Shown: positions 16,936-24,647 of the stretch, in pieces
How the letters are laid out: every line of letters starts with the position of its first letter
Numbering within the stretch: the first letter of the stretch is position 1
Assembly: GCA_905236465.1 (NCBI GenBank)
Contig: CAJOQA010000329.1
Location: 1 to 35,260, forward strand
Direction: 5' to 3'
DNA: 35,260 bases
Origin: an uncultured Treponema sp.
GTDB lineage: Bacteria; Spirochaetota; Spirochaetia; Treponematales; Treponemataceae
Made by a program: the position numbers and the translations under genes
The notes under the pieces: model-generated
Told to the model about the DNA's origin: nothing
The model's database searches: none
What the model saw: only the letters and a program-made list of their open reading frames with translations

Positions 16936-17502
16936 TTAGCATTCTTCTACTAAACCGCGCTTTGCTAGTTCACTTAAGATATTTCCCACAATTTCTTCGG
17001 GAACATTTACACTGGTGTCAATAACTAAATTTGCTACATCTGCATAATCATTGTTATTTATACCGTATAGATTTTGATATCTTTTTGTATCCTCACTATC
17101 CCGCATAGTTGTAAATCTTTTTATTTCCTGCAGGTCACCTCCTTCCCGATTTAAAATACGGCTTGCGCGTAAATCATCAGAGGCCAATAGGTAGATTTTT
17201 ACATCAGCTTCTTTTAGCATCCAAATTGCTAACCTACTTCCTAATACGCAGGATTCTTTCTTTGCAAGTTCAACCTGTCTTGTATCAACTGCTTTATCCC
17301 AAGAATCATCTGTTTTTGCAGCTTCTATAACTTGAGCTAATGTCATTCCTTTTTCTGCAGCTAACTGCCTGAAGGTAAAGTTTATAAGCTTTATCCCAAG
17401 CTTTTCTGATAGTAAAGAACTGACAGTTGTATTTCCACAACCAGATTTTCCACTAATTGCAATTCTAAGTTCTTTTCCATTTGGAATCTTATAATTTTTC
17501 AT
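16936..17502 (-). CDS. cmk: Cytidylate kinase, type 2 (archaeal-like family)
   Basis: IAISGKSGCGNTTVS P-loop, FRQLAAEKGMTL, D..VD, VLGSRLA, RD.ED..RY..LYGI and IDTS; GGAGG SD. Confidence 0.82.
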   Translation of the reverse strand: MKNYKIPNGKELRIAISGKSGCGNTTVSSLLSEKLGIKLINFTFRQLAAEKGMTLAQVIEAAKTDDSWDKAVDTRQVELAKKESCVLGSRLAIWMLKEADVKIYLLASDDLRASRILNREGGDLQEIKRFTTMRDSEDTKRYQNLYGINNNDYADVANLVIDTSVNVPEEIVGNILSELAKRGLVEEC

Positions 17503-17513
17503 GCTAAGCCTCC

Positions 17514-18383
17514 TTATTCAACATTTTTTGCTTGCTCTCTAATATTTTCCAAAGCATCTTTTGCATTTACAACCATTTGCCCTACTTCAGAAAATTGATT
17601 TTTGCTGCCTATAGTGTTTATTTCCCTATTTGCTTCCTGACAGATAAAGTCTATTCTTTTACCTGGCGTTGGGTTTTCTGTTAATTCTTTCCGCAAAGCT
17701 GAAAGGTGACTTTGAAGCCGTATTATTTCTTCATTGATAGTATAGCGGACTAGCATTAAAGCTATTTCTTCAAGGATTTTGTTTTGGTCAAAATTATTCC
17801 CCAACAAATCATTAAATTTTTTAGAAATTGTTTCCTTGAATTTTCCTTCCATCTTTGGCTGCCATTCTTTGAAAAAACAAGCACATGAATCAAGGATGTC
17901 AAGTTTTGCAAGTAAATCTGCTTTTAAATTCTCTCCCTCGCGTTTTCTATCCCCAATAAAATTCTCTAAAACTTCAGAAAAAACTGTTTTGATTTTTTCC
18001 CAATACTTTTCAGCATCATATTCGTAAGAAACATTCAAAACGCCCTCTTGAGAAATAATTAAATCCAAGGGAATTTCTTTATTCTCATATCCAATTGCAT
18101 GAGCTACCTTTGATATTGCTTCTTTATAAAGCAGAGCAACTTTTGGATCAGCACTTATTTTTGCCGTTGAATTTAAATCCTTTACCCTGATAGTTACGTC
18201 GATTTTGCCACGAACAATCTTTTGGCAGATTTTTTCCCTGATTTTACTTTCTAAAAGATTCAGATAAGATGGTAAATTTATTGACAAATCTAGAAATCTT
18301 GAATTCACTGATTTTATTTCTACGCTAATCTGAGTCGAATCAATTAGGGCTTCCTTGTAAGCATAACCGGTCATGCTATTCAT
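17514..18383 (-). CDS. YicC/YloC family endoribonuclease
   Basis: MNSMTGY, EIKSVNSRFLD, RGKID, R.REG..L, EEIIRLQSH, GKRIDFICQEANREINTIGSK, REQAKNVE. Confidence 0.93.
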   Translation of the reverse strand: MNSMTGYAYKEALIDSTQISVEIKSVNSRFLDLSINLPSYLNLLESKIREKICQKIVRGKIDVTIRVKDLNSTAKISADPKVALLYKEAISKVAHAIGYENKEIPLDLIISQEGVLNVSYEYDAEKYWEKIKTVFSEVLENFIGDRKREGENLKADLLAKLDILDSCACFFKEWQPKMEGKFKETISKKFNDLLGNNFDQNKILEEIALMLVRYTINEEIIRLQSHLSALRKELTENPTPGKRIDFICQEANREINTIGSKNQFSEVGQMVVNAKDALENIREQAKNVE

Positions 18384-19887
18384 TTGCTTTCTCCATAAGT
18401 CTATTTAAGATCCCCTTGCCGACTTTCCAATTGTCTCCGGCCCCCATTGTTACAAAGATATAACCCTCAGGGTACATTTCTCCACTAGGCTTTGAAAGTT
18501 GTTTATATCCTTCTTCTTCAGCATCTTCAAATTCTTTACAGTATTTTACATTAGGATGAAGAGTTGCCGCTTTTTCTGCAAGCATTTTTCCTGTAACTAA
18601 AGCTGAATCTGCACTTTCTCTAGCAGAACCGTATATCTTATTTATTATAACACTATCTGCAGCTGAAAAGCTTCCTGCAAATTCATCAAAGAGAGCTTTT
18701 GTCCTTGTGTATGTGTGGCTCATAAAATCAACTATTATTTTGTGCCCCTTATAGAAGTTTCTAAAGCCCTTAAGTGTAGTATTTATCGCTGTTGGATGAT
18801 GGCCATAATCATCTATAAAAATAACATCTTGGCCAATAGGACTTTTTGCCCTGCCTATAATTTCACTGCGCCTCTTTCCCCCTTTAAAATCAAGAAGGGC
18901 TTCTTTTATTAAAGTAACATAGTCTGCTAAATTCTTACCATCTGTTTTTAAAAGTTCGCAAGATAAAGCTAAGGCCGCAACAGCATTCCTTACATTATGT
19001 TCGCCTGGTACGCAAAGTGAGCACTCGCACAAGTTCCCAACAGAAAAGAACTGCTTGCCTGCTTCTATTCTACCAAAATCAAGGTGATAGTCTCCTTCAG
19101 CATTAACGCCATAGGGAATTAACTGAATATCCTCCCGTATTTTTTTTACAAGCCCTGCGGTTTCACAAGCACCTGCTTCATCTGCACAGTATATAAGCTG
19201 TCCTCCCTTTGGCAACAGGCATATATAGTCAACAAAAGCTGCACGGATATCTTGATAAGTTGGGTAATAATCTTGATGGTCACTTTCCACAGCAGTAAGG
19301 ATTATCTTCTGCGGATGAAAAGCCATAAAATGCCTTTGATACTCACATGTTTCTGCAACAAAATAATTTTTTCCCCCTGCTTGATATGAATCGCTGGTCA
19401 TTGTACAAGTTGACTTCCCAAAAGAGGATATTATGCTTCCTGCAAGAACTTGCGAAGGTAAATTAATCTTTTTTAGGATTGTACCACATAAGCCTGTAGT
19501 TGTAGTTTTCCCATGAACCCCACAGATTCCGCAAGAATAAGCACTTTTGCTTATAGCACCCAAGGCCTCGCTATACAGTAACATAGGAATGCCTTTTTCC
19601 TGGGCCTCAGCAAGATCTGGGTTTTTGTCAGGTGAATAGGCACTTGAATAAATGATATATTGAATGTCTGATGTAATATTTTTTTTGCTAAAGGGTTGAG
19701 CTTTTATGCCAAGCTTTTCTAGAATCTCATCTGTATAAAAATGTTCTTCAACATCGCTACCAGTAATAGTGGCACCTCTCTTGTTTAAAATTTCAACAAG
19801 AGCTGCCATTCCTGTCCCCTTTATTCCAACAAAATGTATATGCACTCCCTTTAAATCAGAGGGAAGATTTTTTAAAATTTGTTCCAT
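18376..19887 (-). CDS. murC: UDP-N-acetylmuramate--L-alanine ligase
   Basis: HFVGIKGTGM, GSD, GVHGKTTTT, ETCEY, DHQDYY, PGEHNVRNA, DDYGHHPT, HTYTRT, TMGAGD. Confidence 0.95.
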   Translation of the reverse strand: MEQILKNLPSDLKGVHIHFVGIKGTGMAALVEILNKRGATITGSDVEEHFYTDEILEKLGIKAQPFSKKNITSDIQYIIYSSAYSPDKNPDLAEAQEKGIPMLLYSEALGAISKSAYSCGICGVHGKTTTTGLCGTILKKINLPSQVLAGSIISSFGKSTCTMTSDSYQAGGKNYFVAETCEYQRHFMAFHPQKIILTAVESDHQDYYPTYQDIRAAFVDYICLLPKGGQLIYCADEAGACETAGLVKKIREDIQLIPYGVNAEGDYHLDFGRIEAGKQFFSVGNLCECSLCVPGEHNVRNAVAALALSCELLKTDGKNLADYVTLIKEALLDFKGGKRRSEIIGRAKSPIGQDVIFIDDYGHHPTAINTTLKGFRNFYKGHKIIVDFMSHTYTRTKALFDEFAGSFSAADSVIINKIYGSARESADSALVTGKMLAEKAATLHPNVKYCKEFEDAEEEGYKQLSKPSGEMYPEGYIFVTMGAGDNWKVGKGILNRLMEKANE

Positions 19888-19894
19888 AAGAGAT

Positions 19895-19923
19895 ATAATA
19901 GCATAGATTTATAGTAAGTGCAA
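19895..19923 (-). promoter_or_regulatory. Promoter for murC-yicC-cmk, probably giving a leaderless transcript
   Basis: TTGCAC, 17 nt, TATTAT with a TG extension, then only 7 nt (ATCTCTT) to the ATG; no SD. Confidence 0.65.
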
Positions 19924-19947
19924 CTTTTGTTTTCAAGCACAGGTGCC

Positions 19948-20436
19948 CTACATATTATCGTATGTTTGTACAGAGTCTTCTAAGTGTTCTATTTTTACAC
20001 TTGCTTGCTTAAACATTTCCAATGAATCCTCTTCGTCATGATAATGCTTTTCGCAAACTACCCTTTTTATCCCGCAGTTTATAATGAGCATGGCGCAGGT
20101 TCTGCAAGGAGTCATTTTGCAATATACAGTTGCCCCGTCAATTGATATTCCCTTTTTTGCAGCCTGACAGATTGCATTTTGTTCTGCATGAACAGTACGG
20201 ACACAATGCTGGGTAATCGAACCATCAGTGTGTATCATTTTTCTCATCATGTGACCGACATCATCACAGTGAGGAAGACCTGCAGGAGACCCAACATAAC
20301 CTGTTACAAGAATTTGATTATCTTTTGCAATAACACAACCAGATCTACCCCTGTCACAAGTTGCACGCTTAGCAATTGTGCGACAAACTTCCATAAAATA
20401 TTCATCCCAAGTAGGACGCTTATAGTTTTTTCCCAT
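19948..20436 (-). CDS. dCMP deaminase (ComEB/DCTD family)
   Basis: RPTWDEYFM, RATCDR, HAEQNA and PCRTC zinc-deaminase motifs. Confidence 0.92.
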   Translation of the reverse strand: MGKNYKRPTWDEYFMEVCRTIAKRATCDRGRSGCVIAKDNQILVTGYVGSPAGLPHCDDVGHMMRKMIHTDGSITQHCVRTVHAEQNAICQAAKKGISIDGATVYCKMTPCRTCAMLIINCGIKRVVCEKHYHDEEDSLEMFKQASVKIEHLEDSVQTYDNM

Positions 20437-20442
20437 AGTTTT

Positions 20443-20472
20443 AATATATTAGAAATATTATTTCTTTTTCAA
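20443..20472 (-). promoter_or_regulatory. Promoter for the dCMP deaminase gene, probably leaderless
   Basis: TTGAAA (20472-20467), 18 nt, TATATT (20448-20443), 6 nt, ATG; no SD. Confidence 0.5.
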
Positions 20473-20502
20473 GTATTTTTTTATTTTTTTTGCAAAAATA
20501 TA

Positions 20503-20531
20503 TTGACATTTTTTTTTAGAAAAGGTATAGT
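20503..20531 (+). promoter_or_regulatory. Promoter for tRNA-Gly
   Basis: TTGACA (20503-20508), 17 nt, TATAGT (20526-20531). Confidence 0.75.
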
Positions 20532-20543
20532 AACAATCGTTAT

Positions 20544-20615
20544 GCGGCAGTGGTATAACGGCTATTACCTCAGCCTTCCAAGCTGAAGACGAGGGTTCGA
20601 CTCCCTTCTGCCGCT
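20544..20615 (+). tRNA. tRNA-Gly(TCC), CCA not encoded
   Basis: Acceptor GCGGCAG/CTGCCGC, anticodon arm TCAGC-CTTCCAA-GCTGA, T-arm GAGGG-TTCGACT-CCCTT, discriminator U. Confidence 0.97.
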
Positions 20616-20636
20616 TTTTTTTATTTTAAATGCTTT

Positions 20637-20677
20637 AAAAAAAGCCAAAACCTTGAAATGTAGGTTTTGGCTTTTTT
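20637..20677. terminator. Bidirectional intrinsic terminator between tRNA-Gly and rnc
   Basis: AAAAAAAGCCAAAACCT-tgaaatgt-AGGTTTTGGCTTTTTT. Confidence 0.88.
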
Positions 20678-20679
20678 AG

Positions 20680-21432
20680 TTAATATTTTTCTCCACTTAT
20701 TGTTAAATACGCTGCCTTTGCAACCTCCTGCTCTGCAGCCTTCTTGGACTTTCCAGATTCTGGGCCAAAAGTACTATCACCTAAATGGACAGAAACCCAA
20801 AATGTAGTATCGTGATCAGGCCCGCTCTTTTTTATCAGTTCATAGCTAGGACAAATTTTATATTTTTTCTGATAAAACTCCTGCAATAGGGTTTTATAAT
20901 CTTTATTCCCCTTGTCATTTTGAACTTTCCTGATTTCATCAACTATTATTCGCAGAACAAATTTTTCAGCAGCATCATAACCAGAATCTAAATACAGGGC
21001 ACCAATTACAGCCTCCACAGCATCAGCAAGTATTGCTTTTTTTTCTCTGCCACCGGTAAGTTCTTCCCCCTTTCCAAGGACCAGGTATTTATCTATATGC
21101 AGTATATTTTTTGCAATGGGAGCTAAGGTTTGTTCACTTACAACATTTGCTTTTATTTTTGCAAGATCCCCTTCTGGATTATCCATCATGTCTTCATATA
21201 AAAAAGCCGCAGTTGCAAGCCCTAAGACGCTATCGCCTAAAAATTCAAGCCTTTCGTTGTTATAACGCTTGTGCTCTGCGTTTTCATTTGAAAAAGACCT
21301 ATGGTGAAAGGCTAAATCCAAAATATTTAAATTCTTAAAATGCAAACCTACATTTTTACAGAACATTTCCAGTTCTTTTTTTCTTTGTGGGTCAAGTTTT
21401 TTAGATTCGTAAAAAAGATCTCTTAAATTCAT
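20680..21432 (-). CDS. rnc: Ribonuclease III
   Basis: Signature NERLEFLGDSVL, EGDLAK, LADAVEAVIGALYLD and dsRBD (DYKTLLQE...GPDH...GKSKKAAEQ). Confidence 0.97.
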   Translation of the reverse strand: MNLRDLFYESKKLDPQRKKELEMFCKNVGLHFKNLNILDLAFHHRSFSNENAEHKRYNNERLEFLGDSVLGLATAAFLYEDMMDNPEGDLAKIKANVVSEQTLAPIAKNILHIDKYLVLGKGEELTGGREKKAILADAVEAVIGALYLDSGYDAAEKFVLRIIVDEIRKVQNDKGNKDYKTLLQEFYQKKYKICPSYELIKKSGPDHDTTFWVSVHLGDSTFGPESGKSKKAAEQEVAKAAYLTISGEKY

Positions 21433-21455
21433 TTTTTTATATTAACATTTAAAAT

Positions 21456-21485
21456 AAAAAAAGCACAGTATTAAACTGTGCTTTT
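21456..21485 (-). terminator. Intrinsic terminator after acpP
   Basis: AAAAGCACAGT-attaa-ACTGTGCTTTT, with an A7 run that gives U7 on the minus strand. Confidence 0.8.
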
Positions 21486-21500
21486 CACTTAGTAAAGTAT

Positions 21501-21737
21501 TTATTTCTGCTGTGACTTAATGTAGTCGTATGCATCCTTTACAGTCTCAAATTCATTAGCCTTTTCATCAGGAATAGAAACACCTGTTTCTTCCTCAATA
21601 GCATAAACTAATTCGTAAGTATCAAGACTGTCTGCTCCCAAATCACCGCGGAATGTTGCTTCCATTGTTACCTTTGAAGGCTCAATATCAAGCTTTTCAG
21701 CAATCAATTTCTGAATCTTCTCGAATAATTCGTCCAT
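21501..21737 (-). CDS. acpP: Acyl carrier protein
   Basis: DLGADSLD phosphopantetheine site; acidic 78-aa protein; AGGAG SD. Confidence 0.97.
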   Translation of the reverse strand: MDELFEKIQKLIAEKLDIEPSKVTMEATFRGDLGADSLDTYELVYAIEEETGVSIPDEKANEFETVKDAYDYIKSQQK

Positions 21738-21751
21738 TTTATTCTCCTAGT

Positions 21752-21940
21752 TTAGCCGTTTACTTGTGGTGTAATCACCTGGCGTCCGTGGTAAAAACCG
21801 CATTTTGGGCATACATGATGCTGCAAAACAAGGTTTCCGCAGTTGGCGCACTCAACAAGATGAGGAGTTGCAAGATGCATATTTACTCCACGTCTTCTTT
21901 TAGTTACGGCCTTTGAAGTTTTTGATCTAGGTACTGCCAT
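21752..21940 (-). CDS. rpmF: 50S ribosomal protein L32 (zinc-binding C4 form)
   Basis: MAVPRSKTSK, CANC...HHVCPKCGFYHGR. Confidence 0.97.
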   Translation of the reverse strand: MAVPRSKTSKAVTKRRRGVNMHLATPHLVECANCGNLVLQHHVCPKCGFYHGRQVITPQVNG

Positions 21941-22020
21941 AATATATAACCTCGCTATAAATTTTTAGTCGTCTGTATAACGTTGCTTATATTACTACAG
22001 ATTCCTATTCCATGTCAAGA

Positions 22021-22050
22021 ATTATACTGTTATTTTTATTGATTTGTCAA
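22021..22050 (-). promoter_or_regulatory. Promoter(s) for rpmF-acpP
   Basis: TTGACA (22050-22045), 18 nt, TATAAT (22026-22021). A second TTGACA-18-TAATAT lies at 22018-21989. Confidence 0.6.
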
Positions 22051-22079
22051 TAAAAAAATTGACAAAAATTAAAAATTTG

Positions 22080-22565
22080 TCAAACTTCCCTGTGATACTT
22101 TGCTTTTATAGCCTTCTCGACTATAGACGGAACCATTCCACTTATATCACCCCCATAACGGGCTAATTCCTTTATGCTACTGGACCTTATAAGAAAATAC
22201 CTTTGTTCCGTAGGTACAAAGAGGGTTTCAACTTCCTGGTTCAATGATCGGTTTACCAGGGATAAGTCAAATTCATAGGAAAAATCATTAGTGTTCCTTA
22301 TTCCCCTAAGCAAGACATTTGCTTTAACCTTTTTACAATAATCAACAATAAGGGTATTACAGATATGTACACTTACATTTAAAAATCCTTTAGTAAGTTC
22401 TGATAACATATCGAATCGCTCTTTATCATCAAAAAGGTATTTTTTATCAGGATTTACCGCAATAACGACATCTATTGCATCAAAAAGCTTGCTGGACCTT
22501 TCTATAATATTTAAATGTCCAAGTGTCGGAGGATCAAAAGATCCTGGAAAAACTGCTGTAGTCAT
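22080..22565 (-). CDS. coaD: Phosphopantetheine adenylyltransferase
   Basis: AVFPGSFDPPTLGH, RGIR..NDFSYE, N...ETLF, SSSIKELA.YGGD. Confidence 0.96.
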   Translation of the reverse strand: MTTAVFPGSFDPPTLGHLNIIERSSKLFDAIDVVIAVNPDKKYLFDDKERFDMLSELTKGFLNVSVHICNTLIVDYCKKVKANVLLRGIRNTNDFSYEFDLSLVNRSLNQEVETLFVPTEQRYFLIRSSSIKELARYGGDISGMVPSIVEKAIKAKYHREV

Positions 22566-22772
22566 AAAAAACTCCTAGAGAACCTCAAAAAAACAGAAGT
22601 TTTTCCAAGTTTCCTCTTGTTTCCGACTATAACAGTTTTTAATAAGAATGAAAAGAGAGAAAAAAATATTTTTTTTGTAACTTAAGCAGGAAAAGTCTAT
22701 TCAATATTATAGAGAACAGTAAATCATCAAGAAAAATCTTTTGATAAAAATTATTTTTTTTTACAAAAGGAT

Positions 22773-22801
22773 TTGACCAAAAAAGCACATAAGGATAGAA
22801 T
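22773..22801 (+). promoter_or_regulatory. Promoter for the lipoprotein-HEAT genes, probably leaderless
   Basis: TTGACC (22773-22778), 17 nt, TAGAAT (22796-22801), 7 nt, ATG 22809. Confidence 0.65.
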
Positions 22802-22808
22802 AAGGGGT

Positions 22809-23636
22809 ATGAAACGGAATTTTTTTACAAAAATTGCTACGATAATGTCTGTGTGCTTGCTTCTTGTTGCAGGTTGTGCTTCAAAGCAAGATGAAAGCAA
22901 AACAGAAAGCAGTCAGGTAAAAACAAGCCCGCCACCAAAGGTAGAGGTAAAGAAAGCTGCTCCTGCAAATACTCAAAAACAGACTGTAAAAAAGGAGCCT
23001 GTAAAGGTTGAAAAGCCGGCAGAACCTATACAGAACCCTATAACAGAAAGTCCTAAAATGGAAAAAGTTGCTGTAATAAATGACAGTCCTGCTCCCTTAG
23101 TAGAAAAGAAGCAGGAACCTGAGAAGGAAGAGGTTGCTAAAGTTGTGGAAGAACCCAAAGTTGAAAGCACCCCTGAACCCCAGCCAGAACCTGTAAAGGA
23201 GGAAGTTGCACAGGAAGATGATGAGTATACACGATCTGTCAGCAAAGTAAAAGGCTCTATTACAAAAGAAACTTTTGAGGAAGATAAAAAAGAAATTCTT
23301 GCGATAATAGACAAGTTGGCAGATATAATGAAGAGTTCTGATTATCAAAGTTGGCTTTCTTACGTTGATTCAGAAAGTAAAACTTATTGGTCAAACAGGA
23401 CAAATCTTCAAAAGGCAGCTGCCAGGCGTAAAGGTTTACAGTTGAATTACTTAAGGGATTACTTCCTAAAAGTTTTTGTTCCTGCTCGAAAAGGACGCCG
23501 AATTGATGAAATTCGCTATGAAACTGAAAGCTCTGTAAAGGCAGTACAGGTAAATGGCAGTAATGATACTATTTTCTACGATTTTCAAAAAGAAAATGGT
23601 GTATGGAAAGTTCATTTACCGCCTATTTCAGATTGA
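22809..23636 (+). CDS. Uncharacterised lipoprotein with a long Pro/Glu/Lys-rich tether and a C-terminal globular domain
   Basis: MKRNFFTKIATIMSVCLLLVAG|C is an SPII signal, so the start is reassigned from TTG 22773 to ATG 22809. About 110 aa of low-complexity linker follow; the C-terminal domain ends F.KENGVWKV (NTF2-like pattern, inferred). Confidence 0.8.
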   Translation: MKRNFFTKIATIMSVCLLLVAGCASKQDESKTESSQVKTSPPPKVEVKKAAPANTQKQTVKKEPVKVEKPAEPIQNPITESPKMEKVAVINDSPAPLVEKKQEPEKEEVAKVVEEPKVESTPEPQPEPVKEEVAQEDDEYTRSVSKVKGSITKETFEEDKKEILAIIDKLADIMKSSDYQSWLSYVDSESKTYWSNRTNLQKAAARRKGLQLNYLRDYFLKVFVPARKGRRIDEIRYETESSVKAVQVNGSNDTIFYDFQKENGVWKVHLPPISD

Positions 23637-23692
23637 TTTTTTACCGATAATACGTTAGACTATTATTTATAAACATCAGGAGGAACTGATAA

Positions 23693-24439
23693 ATGAAATT
23701 AACAAAAATTATTGCCGGCACTGTGTGCTTGGCAGCTCTTTCAGGAACTATGTTCGCACAGCAGACTGTAAAGAACCAGAACGATTCAAGAACTGAAACA
23801 ACAGTTGATGAAGAATACTTGAGCAATGCAGAAGATGTTATTATCACAGAGCTTGCTACTTCGCCAGAATATGACAACAAACTTGTTGCCCTTACCTATC
23901 TTGAGGATGCAGTTGCAGCTGGAAGAACATCTCCTGATATTGTAGCGGCCTTACAGGGACTTGCCGGTGAAGGTGTTACAACTCAGGCTAGAACAAAGGG
24001 ACGTGTAATGAACAACTTCCCCGATATCCGTGCAAAGGCTTGTGATATCTTAGGTGAAGTTCCTTCTAAAGAAGCAAAAAACACCCTTATGACTATTGCA
24101 CAAGATGACAAAGAACCTATGGTTGTTACTGCTGCTGTTCGCTCTCTTGGAAACATTGGTATGAATGATAACAACGAAGTTGTTAATATGATTGCCTTTA
24201 TTCAGAAGAAGTATGCTGCATTAAATCCAACAAGTTCTCTTGCACTTGAGATTTTAAATGCATATGAAAAGTTAGCACCTTCAGTAACTGCAGCAGAAGA
24301 TAGAAAAACAATGATAGAATCTGTCAGTGAAATTGCTTCAAACTATCATTTTGTAACACCTGTACGCACTAGGGCTTTAGGTCTTCTTAAGACTCTGCAA
24401 GGTCAGGGAAACTCTTCTTCAAAGAAAAGCGGAAAATAA
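23693..24439 (+). CDS. Exported HEAT/PBS-lyase repeat protein
   Basis: Signal peptide ending MFA|Q; repeats PDIRAKACDILGEV and PMVVTAAVRSLGNIG; strong AGGAGG SD. Confidence 0.82.
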   Translation: MKLTKIIAGTVCLAALSGTMFAQQTVKNQNDSRTETTVDEEYLSNAEDVIITELATSPEYDNKLVALTYLEDAVAAGRTSPDIVAALQGLAGEGVTTQARTKGRVMNNFPDIRAKACDILGEVPSKEAKNTLMTIAQDDKEPMVVTAAVRSLGNIGMNDNNEVVNMIAFIQKKYAALNPTSSLALEILNAYEKLAPSVTAAEDRKTMIESVSEIASNYHFVTPVRTRALGLLKTLQGQGNSSSKKSGK

Positions 24440-24446
24440 TCTGCAT

Positions 24447-24504
24447 AAAAAAAGGCAACTTTTAAAATCCTAACAAAGAATTTTAAAGTTGCCTTATTTT
24501 TTTT
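24447..24504. terminator. Bidirectional terminator between the HEAT gene and tRNA-Arg
   Basis: AAGGCAACTTTTAAAAT ... ATTTTAAAGTTGCCTT (one bulge), flanked by A- and T-runs. Confidence 0.8.
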
Positions 24505-24508
24505 ATAG

Positions 24509-24582
24509 TGGGAGATACGGGATTCGAACCCACAACCTTCGGCTCCGGAGGCCAACGCTCTATCCAATTGAGCTAATCTCTC
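24509..24582 (-). tRNA. tRNA-Arg(CCG), CCA not encoded
   Basis: GAGAGATTAGCTCAATTGGATAGAGCGTTGGCCTCCGGAGCCGAAGGTTGTGGGTTCGAATCCCGTATCTCCCA; anticodon loop CTCCGGA. Confidence 0.92.
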
Positions 24583-24593
24583 AATATGTTAAT

Positions 24594-24622
24594 AATATAA
24601 AGTTTTAATAGTAAAATGTCAA
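24594..24622 (-). promoter_or_regulatory. Promoter for tRNA-Arg
   Basis: TTGACA (24622-24617), 17 nt, TATATT (24599-24594). Confidence 0.7.
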
Positions 24623-24647
24623 TAAATAAATTTTAAAAAGAGGTTTT

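Noticed and set aside
20179-20586. 135-aa plus-strand ORF
   Set aside because: Antisense to the dCMP deaminase and runs through a promoter and tRNA-Gly; no protein-like motifs.
22773-22808. TTG start and N-terminal extension of the lipoprotein
   Set aside because: The TTG is the -35 box; ATG 22809 gives a normal lipoprotein signal. The extended starts for rpsB (25364), frr (27116) and glgA (34944) were rejected likewise because SD-led ATGs lie downstream.
20544-24582. Region between the two tRNAs as an integrated element
   Set aside because: No integrase, no duplicated tRNA 3' end, and the contents are mostly core genes.
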